DNA from: Thermoanaerobaculales bacterium
GTDB taxonomy: Bacteria; Acidobacteriota; Thermoanaerobaculia; Thermoanaerobaculales; Sulfomarinibacteraceae
DNA length: 64,000 nucleotides
Assembly: GCA_025456145.1 (NCBI GenBank)
Contig: JALOLD010000009.1
Location: 64,899 to 128,898 of the forward strand
Reading direction: 5' to 3'
Positions 1 to 9,524 of the stretch are shown one piece after another. A program made the translations under genes and the position numbers. Within the stretch, counting starts at the first letter, position 1; each line of letters starts with the position of its first letter. A model generated the notes under the pieces. It was not told where the DNA came from. It worked only from the letters and a program-made list of their open reading frames with translations, and searched no databases.

Positions 1-1
1 C

Positions 2-781
2 ACCCTGCGCCGGGTCAAGGACCAGGTGCTCGCCGATCTGCCCGAGAAGGTCGAGGACATCCGCTACTGCCGTCTGGTCGGGGTCCAGCGCGAGCTCTAC
101 GAGAGGACCCGCGAGCTCGGCTCGCGGGAGATCGCCGAGCGGCTGCGCGACCCGGCGGGCGAGCTGCCCTACATCCACATCTTCGCCCTGCTGACCCGGC
201 TCAAGCAGGTCTGCGACCACCCGGTGCTGATCGACGACAACCTGTCGTCCGGGTCCCACTCCGGCAAGATCGAGGTCCTCGACCAGATCCTCGACGAGGC
301 CCTCGAGGGGAACTACAGCGCGGTCGTTTTCTCCCAGTACGTCACGATGATCGACTACCTGTCGCAGCACCTCGACCGCCGCCGGATCCCCCACCTCGCG
401 CTCACCGGGTCGACCCGGGATCGCGGCCGCATCATCCGCCGGTTCAACTCCGAGCAGCACGAGCGGGTGCTGCTGGCGAGCCTGCTCGCCGGCGGGGTCG
501 GCATCGACCTCACCGGGGCGTCGGTGGTGATCCACTACGACCGGTGGTGGAACCCGGCCAAGGAGAACCAGGCCACCGACCGGGTCCACCGGATCGGCCA
601 GCGGCGCTTCGTCCAGGTCTTTAAGCTGGTCACCCGCGACACCGTCGAGGAGCGGATCGACGAGCTCATCCGGTCGAAGATCGAGCTCATGGAACGCGTC
701 GTGGCCCCGACCGAGGACGTGCTCCGCGCCTTCGACCGGCGCGAGCTCGCGGGCCTGCTCGGCATCCCCTTCGACGGCTGA
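2..781 (+). CDS. SNF2-family helicase, C-terminal part (5' end outside window)
   Basis: The frame is open to the window edge (TLRRVKDQVL...). It has a helicase C-terminal domain with SNF2 motif VI QATDRVHRIGQ. Stop is TGA 779-781. Confidence 0.85.
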   Translation, partial: TLRRVKDQVLADLPEKVEDIRYCRLVGVQRELYERTRELGSREIAERLRDPAGELPYIHIFALLTRLKQVCDHPVLIDDNLSSGSHSGKIEVLDQILDEALEGNYSAVVFSQYVTMIDYLSQHLDRRRIPHLALTGSTRDRGRIIRRFNSEQHERVLLASLLAGGVGIDLTGASVVIHYDRWWNPAKENQATDRVHRIGQRRFVQVFKLVTRDTVEERIDELIRSKIELMERVVAPTEDVLRAFDRRELAGLLGIPFDG

Positions 782-827
782 GCACCGCCCCGCCGCTCTG
801 TGGTAGGGTGCTCGTGAGAGATCGACG

Positions 828-1028
828 ATGACCCCCGACTACCTCATCTGCCTCGAGTGCGAGAGCCCGATCTACGTCTTCGAGTGGAAGGACGGGCTGG
901 TCAAGGAGGCGATCTGCGAGGTCTGCGGCAACGACGACCCGCAGCAGTTCGCCACCGAGGACGAGTACGAGGACCTCGCCCTCGACCGGCGCTTCGACCA
1001 CGCTCGGTCCCAGTCACCGGAGGAGTAG
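828..1028 (+). CDS. Small zinc-ribbon-like protein (hypothetical)
   Basis: 66-aa ORF with two CxxC pairs (CLEC...CEVC) and an acidic C-terminal tail. Codons are GC3-rich. It lies 46 nt downstream of the helicase stop. Confidence 0.5.
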   Translation: MTPDYLICLECESPIYVFEWKDGLVKEAICEVCGNDDPQQFATEDEYEDLALDRRFDHARSQSPEE

Positions 1029-1039
1029 CCCGGTCGCGC

Positions 1040-3061
1040 ATGGCGAAGCTGAGCTTTCTCTGGCACCTGCACCAGCCGCCATACCGCACCGCCGACGGGG
1101 TGTCGCACGCGCCCTGGGTCGCGGTCCACGCCGGCGGCGCCTACCGGACCCTCGCCGCCGCCATCGCCGAGGCGGACGGCCGCGGCCAGGTCCTCAACAT
1201 CGTCCCGACCCTCGTCGAGCAGCTCGTCGCCTACCGCGACGGACGGGTCCACGACCCGGTGCTCGCCGCCCTGACCACCCCGTCCAACGAGCTGACCGCC
1301 GGCCAGCGCGAGGTGCTCGTCTCGTGGGCCTTCCACGTCACGCCGCGCCAGCTCCAGCGCTACCCCCGCCTCGCCGAGCTCGCGCGCCGCCGCCCGGCGG
1401 GTCGCGGACCGCGGACCGCCGCCTCCTTCGGCCCCGGCGACCTGCGCGACCTCCAGGTGCTCTTCATCCTGGCCCAGGCCGGCGAGCAGGCCTGGCGGGA
1501 CCCCCGGCTCGCCCCGCTCGCCGCGCGCGGACGGGGCTACCTGCCGGCACACCACGAGGCTTCGGCGGGGTGGCTCGAGGCCCAGCCCGGCGAGCTCCTC
1601 GCGCTGTGGCTCGAGCTCGCGGGCCGGCCGGGGGTCGAGGTCTCGACCAGCCCCTACGCCCACCCGATCATGCCCCTGCTCGTCGACACCGGGATCGTCG
1701 TCGACAGCTGGGCGCCCGAGCCCGCCCCGCCCGCCCCGCCCTTCGCCCACCCGGAGGACGCCGCCCTCCAGCTCGAGCGCGGGCTCGAGCTGATGCGCGA
1801 CGCGGGCTTCGCGCCGGTCGGGTGCTGGCCGCCGGAGGGCTCGGTCTCGAGCGCCGCGCTGGCGGTCTACGCCGAGGCCGGCGTCCGCTGGCTGGTCACC
1901 GACGAGGGCGTCCTGGCGAAGAGCCTCGGCCGGAGCCTCCGCGAGGGCGGGCGAGCCGGCGCCGAGCTCTACCGCCCGTGGACCCTGACCGGCCCGAGCC
2001 CGGCCGTCTTCTTCCGCGACCGCGAGCTGTCCGACGCGATCGGCTTCCGCTACGGCCGGTGGGACGACGAGGCGCGGGCCGCCCGGTCGCTCGTCGACGA
2101 CCTGACCGCGATCGGCCGCACCCTGCCCGACGACGCGATCATCGTCCTCGCCCTCGACGGCGAGAACCCGTGGCTCCACTATCCGGACGGCGGCGGCACG
2201 TTCTTACGCGCCCTGATGGAGGGGATCGGCAGCGCCGGCGACGCCCTCCGACCGGCGACCCTGGGCTCGATCGCGGCCGAGACGCGACCGGCCGTCCTCG
2301 ACCGCCTCCACCCGGGATCGTGGATCAACGGCACCTTCGCCACCTGGATCGGACACCCGGAGAAGAGCGCCGCCTGGGCCCTTCTCGGCGAGGTTCGGGA
2401 TGCGATCGCCTCGAGCGGCCGGCCGAGCCCGCCGTCGCTCCTCGCGGCCGAGGCGTCGGACTGGTTCTGGTGGCTCGGCGACGACAACCCGACCGAGCTC
2501 GCCCCGCTGTACGACCTGATCTTCCGCCGCCACCTCGAGGATGCCTGTCACCAGGCGGGAGTGGCGCCGCCAGCCGCCCTGTCGACGCCGCTCAAGACCG
2601 TCTGCCGGCCGGTCAAGGTCCCGCTGGCCCACCGCTGGCGCCCGCCCGAGCTCGACGGCCGGATCACCTCGTACTTCGAGTGGTGCCTCGCGACGCCGGT
2701 CGAGATCGCCGGCGACCAGGCGGTCGACCGGCTCTCGCTGTGGGCCGGGCCCGGCCGCCTCCACCTGCTGATCGAAGGGGCGCAGGAGATGGACCGGGCG
2801 CTCGCCGAGGCGCCGCTTCACCTCCGGCTCGCCCGGTCCGGCGACGCCCCGATCGCCATGACCCTCGACGGGAGCGCCGCTCACGGCGCCGGGATCGACT
2901 GCGCCGTCGACCGGGTCGCCGAGCTGACGATCGCCTGGGACGGGCGCCGGGGATCGCGTCTCGAGCTGGCGCGGGTCGACGGCAGCCTGCTCGGCGGCGC
3001 GGCCCTGCTGCTCGATCCCGAGCCCGTCGACGAACGCTCCGAACCGCCGATCGTGGGGTGA
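1040..3061 (+). CDS. Glycoside hydrolase family 57 protein (alpha-glucan active)
   Basis: ATG at 1040, internal to listed ORF 857..3061 (the upstream part is Arg/Gly junk). GH57-type motifs are FLWHLHQPPY, STSPYAHPIMPLL, CWPPEGSVS and ALDGENPW. Confidence 0.8.
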   Translation: MAKLSFLWHLHQPPYRTADGVSHAPWVAVHAGGAYRTLAAAIAEADGRGQVLNIVPTLVEQLVAYRDGRVHDPVLAALTTPSNELTAGQREVLVSWAFHVTPRQLQRYPRLAELARRRPAGRGPRTAASFGPGDLRDLQVLFILAQAGEQAWRDPRLAPLAARGRGYLPAHHEASAGWLEAQPGELLALWLELAGRPGVEVSTSPYAHPIMPLLVDTGIVVDSWAPEPAPPAPPFAHPEDAALQLERGLELMRDAGFAPVGCWPPEGSVSSAALAVYAEAGVRWLVTDEGVLAKSLGRSLREGGRAGAELYRPWTLTGPSPAVFFRDRELSDAIGFRYGRWDDEARAARSLVDDLTAIGRTLPDDAIIVLALDGENPWLHYPDGGGTFLRALMEGIGSAGDALRPATLGSIAAETRPAVLDRLHPGSWINGTFATWIGHPEKSAAWALLGEVRDAIASSGRPSPPSLLAAEASDWFWWLGDDNPTELAPLYDLIFRRHLEDACHQAGVAPPAALSTPLKTVCRPVKVPLAHRWRPPELDGRITSYFEWCLATPVEIAGDQAVDRLSLWAGPGRLHLLIEGAQEMDRALAEAPLHLRLARSGDAPIAMTLDGSAAHGAGIDCAVDRVAELTIAWDGRRGSRLELARVDGSLLGGAALLLDPEPVDERSEPPIVG

Positions 3062-3064
3062 GAC

Positions 3065-4123
3065 ATGTCCGAGCTTCGCTACTGCCCGATCACGAACCGC
3101 TGGGCGATCATCGCCCCCGAGCGTCGGCTGCGCCCGCTCGAGTTCCTCGTCCCCGGCCCGTCGCGGTCGCCGGCGTCCCCCGAGCTCGACCCGTTCGCGC
3201 CCGGCAACGAGGACCTCACGACGCCCGAGATCTTCTCGCTGCCCGCCCTCGACCCGGCGAAGGGGTCGCGCTGGCAGGTTCGGGTCTTCGCCAACCGGTT
3301 CCCGGCGCTCAGGGTCGAGGGCGAGGTCGTCCGCGAGGGCGTCGGGCTCAACGACTGCGTCAGCGGGGTCGGCGCCCACGAGGTCATCGTCGAGTGCCCC
3401 GAGCCGAGCCGCGAGATGGCCGACCTCTCGGTCGACGAGCTCGTCCAGGTCCTGGTCGCCTGGCGGGCCCGGATCGTCGATCTGCGGCGCGACACCCGGC
3501 TGCGCTACGTGCTGATCTTCAAGAACCGCGGCACCGAGGCCGGGGCCTCGATCGACCACGCCCACTCGCAGCTCATCGCGACCCCGATCATCCCGTCGCT
3601 GGTCGCCCAGGAGCTCAAGTCGGCGCGCGACCACTTCCGGCGCAAGGAGCGCTGTCTGTTCTGCGACCTCATCCAGCAGGAGGTCGAGCTCGGCGCCCGG
3701 GTCGCGATCTCCACCGACAGCCACGTCGCGCTGGCGCCCTACGCCTCGGCACTCCCCTTCGAGACCTGGATCCTGCCGCGGCGCCACGCCCACGACTTCG
3801 CGAGGGCCGACGACGGCGACCTCCGGGGTACCGCGATCGTGCTCCTCGACCTGCTCCGCCGTCTCCGCGGGCTTCTCCAGGACCCGCCCTACAACCTGGT
3901 TCTCCACACCGCGCCGAGCCCCCACCCGCGACCCGGACACCCCGACGACTGGTCGACCATCGAGCACGACTACCACTGGCACCTCGAGCTGGTGCCGCGG
4001 ATCAGCCGCCGGGCCGGCTTCGAGTGGGGATCGGGCTACACCATCAACCCGACCGCGCCCGAGGAGGCCGCCCGCTTCCTGCGCGAGGCCGACCCGGACG
4101 GCGCCGGCCCGAGCTACTCATGA
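3065..4123 (+). CDS. Galactose-1-phosphate uridylyltransferase-like nucleotidyltransferase (HIT superfamily, GalT branch)
   Basis: ATG lies 3 nt after the GH57 stop. It has the HxHxQ motif (DHAHSQLIA) and the N-terminus LRYCPITNRWAIIAPER typical of GalT-like enzymes. Confidence 0.75.
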   Translation: MSELRYCPITNRWAIIAPERRLRPLEFLVPGPSRSPASPELDPFAPGNEDLTTPEIFSLPALDPAKGSRWQVRVFANRFPALRVEGEVVREGVGLNDCVSGVGAHEVIVECPEPSREMADLSVDELVQVLVAWRARIVDLRRDTRLRYVLIFKNRGTEAGASIDHAHSQLIATPIIPSLVAQELKSARDHFRRKERCLFCDLIQQEVELGARVAISTDSHVALAPYASALPFETWILPRRHAHDFARADDGDLRGTAIVLLDLLRRLRGLLQDPPYNLVLHTAPSPHPRPGHPDDWSTIEHDYHWHLELVPRISRRAGFEWGSGYTINPTAPEEAARFLREADPDGAGPSYS

Positions 4124-4798
4124 CCGCGGGGGGAGCTCCTCCTCGGGCAGCTTCTTGAGCAGCGCCCGCAGCGGCGCCGCCTCGGTCCCGCGCAGGGGCA
4201 GCGGCAGCGCGACCATCAGGTAGACCCCGGCCTCGACGCCGTGCAGGTCGAGGCTCTCGATCCAGGTCATCCCCCGGTCGACGAGCGCGCGGTGCGCCTC
4301 GAGCTCCCGGGACTCGTACTCGTCGACCGACGGGGTGTCGATGCCGAGGGTCTCGACGCCGTGGTCGGCGAGCCAGCCGACGAGCTCGGCGGTCACGGCG
4401 GCAAACCCGTCCTCGAACCGGGCGTGGCGCGGGTGGCTGTCGGAGCGCAGCAGCACCTTGGCGGTCCTCGGCGTCCACCCGACCGGCAGGTCCCCGGGCC
4501 GGGCGAGGCGGCAGCCGACGGGCAGCCGGACGACCTCGGCCGGGCCGATGAACCGGCCGATCGGGATCTCGTGCACCGCGACGCCGGCCGCGACGAGGTG
4601 GGTCGGCGCGTCGACGTGGGTGCCGGCGTGGCAGGTCATGGTCACCGAGCTGACCGTCAGATCGTCGATACTCACCGCGTCCAGCGACACCCGGCGGTCG
4701 CCGGGCCACACCGGTGTGTCGGGGCCGAGCGGACGGCTGACGTCGATCCACCCGTCGCCGCCCCACAGCCCAGCCCGGCGGCGATCAGTCTTCGTCAC
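4118..4798 (-). CDS. Cyclase family protein / kynurenine formamidase-like
   Basis: Motifs are WIDVSRPL..PVWPGD and CHAGTHVDAPTH (cyclase PF04199 pattern). The start is set at GTG 4798 because the listed ORF start (4885) runs through the upstream response-regulator gene. Start is uncertain. Confidence 0.7.
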   Translation of the reverse strand: MTKTDRRRAGLWGGDGWIDVSRPLGPDTPVWPGDRRVSLDAVSIDDLTVSSVTMTCHAGTHVDAPTHLVAAGVAVHEIPIGRFIGPAEVVRLPVGCRLARPGDLPVGWTPRTAKVLLRSDSHPRHARFEDGFAAVTAELVGWLADHGVETLGIDTPSVDEYESRELEAHRALVDRGMTWIESLDLHGVEAGVYLMVALPLPLRGTEAAPLRALLKKLPEEELPPRS

Positions 4799-5216
4799 CC
4801 GATCCCTCGAGGGCCTGCACCGACTCGATGTGGCGACGCACCAGGCTGACCAGCGCCCGCTGGTCGGCGATCGGCTTGGCGACATAGTCGTTGGCGCCGG
4901 AGGCGAAGAGCAGCCGCTCGCGGTCGCCCTTCATCGCATGGGCGGTGAGCAGGATGACCGGCAGCCCGACCCCGCCGGGCAGCGCCCGGATCCGGCGGGT
5001 CAGCTCGACGCCGTCGACCTTGGCGCCGCGGACCCGGGTGTCCTTGAGCGAGACATCCATCAACGCGGCGCTGATCGGACGGGTCGCCACGAGCTCGAGG
5101 ATCTCGTCGCCGTCGTCGCTGCAGACCACGTCGAAGCCGCCGAGCCGGTTGAGGATCGTCTCCACGAGCAGGGCGTTGGCGGGGTCGTCCTCAACCACCA
5201 GCACCGTGTCCGCCAT
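4785..5216 (-). CDS. Stand-alone response regulator receiver protein (CheY-like)
   Basis: 143 aa. It has VLVVEDD, an acceptor-Asp region ALMDVSL, LTAH and a conserved Lys (YVAKP). No output domain is present. Confidence 0.9.
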   Translation of the reverse strand: MADTVLVVEDDPANALLVETILNRLGGFDVVCSDDGDEILELVATRPISAALMDVSLKDTRVRGAKVDGVELTRRIRALPGGVGLPVILLTAHAMKGDRERLLFASGANDYVAKPIADQRALVSLVRRHIESVQALEGSGDED

Positions 5217-5251
5217 CTTCGAGCCCTCCGAGTCCCTACCACCCTACCACG

Positions 5252-6916
5252 TCATCGGCGCAGGAAGTCGCTCAGCTCCATGCAGTTGACGAGATCGGCG
5301 GGGGTCGCTCCGGCCCGTCGGACGACCGTGAGCCCCCAGGCGACGTCGTCGAGGCCGTCGACCGAGTGGGCGTCGGGGTTGACCGCCAGTCGGAGACCGC
5401 GGTCGAGGGCCCGCCGTGCCCAGACCGCATCGAGGTCGAGGCGATAGGGGCTGGCATTGACCTCGACCGCGACCCCCTGCGCGGCACAGGCGTCGAGCAC
5501 CCGCTCGAGATCGACCGCATAGCCCGGCCGCGCGAGCAGCAGGCGGCCGGTCGGGTGGCCGAGAACCCGGCAGGCCGGGTGGCGGATCGCCTCGATGATC
5601 CGGGCGGTTTGGGCGTCCTCCGAGAGGCGGAAGGACGAGTGCACCGAGGCGACGACATAGTCGAGGCCGTCGGCGCACCCGTCGGGGAGGTCGAGACGGC
5701 CGTCGGCCAGGATGTCGGCCTCGAGGCCCTTGACGACTCGTAGCCCCGGGCCCGCCCGGTTCCAGGCGTCGGCCCTCGCCCACTGCCGGCGCAGCCTCGT
5801 CGCGTCGACCCCGTGGGCGTAGGTCGCGGCCGGCGAGTGGTCGGCGACCCCGAAGAAGCTCCAGCCCCGCCGCGCCGCGGCCTCCGCCATCTCCTCGAGG
5901 GTCGCCGCGCCGTCGGAGTCGGTGGTGTGGTTGTGGAGGACGCCGCGCAGTTCGTCCAGGCCGACCAGCGCGGGGAGCCGGCCGGACGCCGCGAGCTCGA
6001 TCCAGCGGGCGCCATCGCGCAGCTCGGGCGGGATCCATGCCAGACCCAGCGAGCGCAGAACCGCCGCCTCGTCGCCGGCCGCGAGGAGCGTCCCCTCCGG
6101 TTCGCCGCTCGCGACCCGGGCCTCGAGGGCGGCGACGAACCCCTCGTCACCGGTGGCGCGGATCAGGGCGTCGCCGAACGCCCGGGACGGGGCGAGCCAG
6201 AGCTGAACCGCGAGGCCGCTCTCGGGTCGGCACAGCCACCGGCGGTCGCCGAGCCGCTCGGCTCGACCGACCACCCGAGCCACCGCCTCCCCGTCGTCAG
6301 GGTCCTCGCAGTCGACGACGAAGGCGAGCTCCCCGACCGTCTCGGCGCCGCGCCGCAGCTCGCCGGCCAGCGCGACCGACCGGACGCCGGCGGCCCCCTC
6401 GATCGCCCGGAGGACCGCCTCCGCCTCGGCCCGCGCCTGGGGCAGCAGCCGTCGTTCGCCGGCCGAGCGGTGGAAGACGACCGCCTCGAGGACCGCCGCC
6501 TGGGACGTCGGTCCGAAGCCGGTCAGCTCGACCAGCCGGTTCTCGCGGCAGGCGTACTCGAGCTCGCCGACGGTCTCGACGCCGAGCGTCTGCCACAGCG
6601 CCCGCACCTTCTTCGGCCCGAGCCCGGCCAGCTCGAGCATCTCGCGCACCCCCGGCGGCACCGCGCTCTCGGCCTCGACCAAGGCCGCCGGTCGACGTCC
6701 TGCGGCGAGGTCGCCGAGCACCGCGGCGGTCCCCTTGCCGACCCCGGGCAGCTCGAGCACGCGCCCCGACTCGACCAGCTCGGCGAGGTCGCCGGAAGCC
6801 CGCTCGACCGCCCGCGCCGCCCCCGAGAAGGCGCGGACCCGGTGCGGGTTGGCGCCCTGCACCTCGAGCAGGCGGGCGATGCTCCGCAGCGCGTCGGCGG
6901 CCGATCTGCGATCCAT
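5252..6916 (-). CDS. polX: Family X DNA polymerase / PHP phosphoesterase (PolX), polymerase carboxylates apparently substituted
   Basis: ATG at 6916 (MDRRSAADALR...). It has helix-hairpin-helix motifs (LPGVGKGTA, LAGLGPKKV, LTGFGPTSQ). The C-terminal PHP domain carries LHNHTTDSDG, GVADHS, SVHSS and NPDAHS. Confidence 0.85.
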   Translation of the reverse strand: MDRRSAADALRSIARLLEVQGANPHRVRAFSGAARAVERASGDLAELVESGRVLELPGVGKGTAAVLGDLAAGRRPAALVEAESAVPPGVREMLELAGLGPKKVRALWQTLGVETVGELEYACRENRLVELTGFGPTSQAAVLEAVVFHRSAGERRLLPQARAEAEAVLRAIEGAAGVRSVALAGELRRGAETVGELAFVVDCEDPDDGEAVARVVGRAERLGDRRWLCRPESGLAVQLWLAPSRAFGDALIRATGDEGFVAALEARVASGEPEGTLLAAGDEAAVLRSLGLAWIPPELRDGARWIELAASGRLPALVGLDELRGVLHNHTTDSDGAATLEEMAEAAARRGWSFFGVADHSPAATYAHGVDATRLRRQWARADAWNRAGPGLRVVKGLEADILADGRLDLPDGCADGLDYVVASVHSSFRLSEDAQTARIIEAIRHPACRVLGHPTGRLLLARPGYAVDLERVLDACAAQGVAVEVNASPYRLDLDAVWARRALDRGLRLAVNPDAHSVDGLDDVAWGLTVVRRAGATPADLVNCMELSDFLRR

Positions 6917-6995
6917 CGACAGTCCTTCCGGGGTCCGCCGTCGGCGCCCCGCGCGGCCCCCATCTCCCCTGCCATGATATATTTCTCCCGTTCTG

Positions 6996-8738
6996 ATGGG
7001 CCTTCTGAAGCGCTTCAAGTCGAGCCTCACCTACCCCATCGCGGCGAGCCTGGTGTTGGTGACGGTCGTCCCGGTGGCGCTCGCCGGTTGGTTGTTCGCC
7101 TCCTACAACCGCGAGCACCTGACGACCGTGGAGAAGCTCTACCTCAACCGGCAGGCGGTGAACCTCGCCGGCGAGCTCGACCACTTCTTCACCAGCCGGT
7201 CGACCTTCCTCGACAGCACCGCACGGGCGCTGTCCCTCGCCACCGCCGAGGGCGACCTCCCGGTCGGCCCGTTCCTCGAGGAGATGGCGACACGGTCCGG
7301 GCCGTCCTTCTCCTACCTGCAGGTTCTCGACAGCCAGGGGGAGGGGAGCTTCGTCTACGACCCCGATCTCCAGCCGTCCGAGGTCGAGCTGCTGACCCGG
7401 GTGGTCAGATCGGCCCAGGAGACCATCCGGACGAGCGGGGCGTCGCGTGAGCTGAGGCTCGAGCTCGCGGCTGGGCGGGCGCCGTTCGCGGTGCTCGCCT
7501 ACCCGCTGCGCCCTTCCGTCGGAGAGATCCGGGGCAGCCTCGCCGGCGTCGTCGACTTCGCCGACTTCGAGCGGGGGTTCGGCGACGCCGCCTTCACCGG
7601 GCTCCTGGTCAGTGTCATCGACGAGACCGGCCACGTGCTGCTGAGCTCCGCACCGGCGTTGCGCGGCAGCTCGTTCGCCACCGTTCCGCTGGTCCGCGAC
7701 TTCCTGACCCGGCCGCTCGCCCTGACCTCGACCTACACCAACCCGATGAACCCGGACGTCGGCGAGGTGCTCGGCTCGGCCGCCCCGGCGCCCTCGCTCG
7801 GCTGGGGCGTCGTCCTGGAGCGGCCGACCGCCGTCGCCTTCCTCCCGGTGCAGGTGATGCAGCACCGCACGCTGCTGGTCAGCGCGATCGCCGGTCTGGT
7901 CGCCCTGGGCCTCGGTTTCCTCCTGAGCCGCCGCATGATCAGGCCGATCCAGGAGCTCGCCCACATCTCGAGCGAGATCTCGGAGGGCAAGCTGAGCGTC
8001 CGCTCCGAGGTCGCGGGCCAGGACGAGATCGCCCAGCTCGGCAGCAACTTCAACCAGATGGCCGAGAACATCGAGACGCTGGTTCGCCGGCTCAAGCACG
8101 CCCTCCGTCAGAACCAGGAGCTGTTCCTCGAGACCATCCGGACCCTGGCGGCGGCGATCGACGCCAAGGACCCCTACACCAAGGGTCACTCGGAGCGGGT
8201 CAGCGCCTACTCGATGGCGATCGCCCGCCACCTCGGGTTCGGCTTCGACGACGTCTTCCACGTCCGGATCGCCGCGATCCTCCACGACGTCGGCAAGCTC
8301 GGGATCAAGGACGGCATCCTCAACAAGCCCGGAGGGTTGACCGACGAGGAGTACGAGGTGATGCGCCGCCACCCCGACATCGGGGCGCAGATCATGGCGC
8401 CGATCAGCAAGCTCAAGACCATCATCCCGGGCATCCGCAACCACCACGAGACCTGGGACGGCAACGGCTACCCCGACCGGCTCAAGGGCGAGGAGATCCC
8501 GATGGTGGCGCGGATCATCGGCGTCGCCGACACCTTCGACGCCATGACCACCAACCGGCCCTACCAGAACGCGATGCCGCTCGAGTACGTCACAGCAAAG
8601 ATGCGGGCGATGGCGGGCAGCCGCTTCGACCCGAAGGTCGTCGAGGCGTTCACCGCCGCGGTCGAGGCCGGGGACATCATGCCCCCCGGATCGACCTCGG
8701 ATGGGGCGGAGGTGGCGGCTCGCCAGGAGGTCTCATGA
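6996..8738 (+). CDS. Membrane sensor with HAMP and HD-GYP domains (c-di-GMP phosphodiesterase type)
   Basis: Two TM segments flank a periplasmic region. The HAMP domain carries IRPIQELAHISSEISEG...FNQMAENIE. The HD-GYP domain carries HSERVS, LHDVGK and HHETWDGNGYPDRL. Confidence 0.9.
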   Translation: MGLLKRFKSSLTYPIAASLVLVTVVPVALAGWLFASYNREHLTTVEKLYLNRQAVNLAGELDHFFTSRSTFLDSTARALSLATAEGDLPVGPFLEEMATRSGPSFSYLQVLDSQGEGSFVYDPDLQPSEVELLTRVVRSAQETIRTSGASRELRLELAAGRAPFAVLAYPLRPSVGEIRGSLAGVVDFADFERGFGDAAFTGLLVSVIDETGHVLLSSAPALRGSSFATVPLVRDFLTRPLALTSTYTNPMNPDVGEVLGSAAPAPSLGWGVVLERPTAVAFLPVQVMQHRTLLVSAIAGLVALGLGFLLSRRMIRPIQELAHISSEISEGKLSVRSEVAGQDEIAQLGSNFNQMAENIETLVRRLKHALRQNQELFLETIRTLAAAIDAKDPYTKGHSERVSAYSMAIARHLGFGFDDVFHVRIAAILHDVGKLGIKDGILNKPGGLTDEEYEVMRRHPDIGAQIMAPISKLKTIIPGIRNHHETWDGNGYPDRLKGEEIPMVARIIGVADTFDAMTTNRPYQNAMPLEYVTAKMRAMAGSRFDPKVVEAFTAAVEAGDIMPPGSTSDGAEVAARQEVS

Positions 8739-9514
8739 TTCGTCGCTCGAGCGTCATCGCCACCGCGCTGGTTCTCACCCTCGCCGCGATGCTCGGACCG
8801 GCCGCCGCGGCGTCGCCGAAAAAGGACAAGAAGAAGTCGGTCGACGTGCTCGCAGCGCAGTCGCTGATGCGCCAGGGCTATGTCTTCATGCAGCAGCAGA
8901 GGTTCGAGGAGGCGCTCGAGCTGTTCCACGAGGCCGACCGGACCAACCCGGGCAACGCCACGGTCTTCAACATGATTGGGCTGTGCCATCTGAGCCTCGA
9001 GCAGCCGGAGAAGGCGCTCGAGAACTTCGACCTCGCCCTCCAGCTGATCCCCGGCTTCACCGACGCGCGCAACAACCGCGGGACCACCTACCTCTCCCTC
9101 GGGCAGTACCGGATGGCCGAGGTGGACTTCATCGCCGTGCTTTCGGACTCGACCTACCCACACCGCTGGAAGGTCTTCTACAACCTCGGTGTGACGTACA
9201 TGCGAAGGGGCCAGATCGGCGCCGCGGAGGAGAACTTCAAGAAGGCGATCACCGCGCCGACCCCGGTCTTCGAGGCCTATCTCCGACTCGCCGAGATCGC
9301 TCAGGACCAGGGTCGGACCGACTCTGCGCTCGGGCTGCTCGAGGAGGCGTCCCTCAAGTTCCCCGAGCGGCTCGACGGAATGCTCGCCTACGGCAGGCTG
9401 CTGATCAACGTCGGCCGTCCCGCCGACGCCCGACCCTACCTCGAGGATGTCATCGAGTCGGCGCCGGGATCGGAGCTGGCCGACCAGGCTCGCGAGTTGC
9501 TCGGCCGGACCTGA
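8735..9514 (+). CDS. Secreted TPR-repeat protein
   Basis: ATGA overlap with the upstream stop. It has a signal peptide (VIATALVLTLAAMLGPAAAAS) followed by several TPR-like 34-aa repeats. Confidence 0.75.
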   Translation: MIRRSSVIATALVLTLAAMLGPAAAASPKKDKKKSVDVLAAQSLMRQGYVFMQQQRFEEALELFHEADRTNPGNATVFNMIGLCHLSLEQPEKALENFDLALQLIPGFTDARNNRGTTYLSLGQYRMAEVDFIAVLSDSTYPHRWKVFYNLGVTYMRRGQIGAAEENFKKAITAPTPVFEAYLRLAEIAQDQGRTDSALGLLEEASLKFPERLDGMLAYGRLLINVGRPADARPYLEDVIESAPGSELADQARELLGRT

Positions 9515-9524
9515 GCCGGGGTTC

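Noticed and set aside
1324-4158. 944-aa ORF on the plus strand spanning the GH57 and GalT-like genes
   Set aside because: Its composition is extremely Arg/Pro/Gly-rich and low in complexity. It is out of frame with two ORFs that carry clear family motifs. This is a typical shadow ORF of GC-rich DNA.
6297-8447. 716-aa minus-strand ORF antisense to the HAMP/HD-GYP gene and overlapping polX
   Set aside because: No motifs were seen and the sequence is Arg/Gly/Asp-rich. The opposite-strand and neighbouring frames carry unmistakable HD-GYP and PolX motifs.
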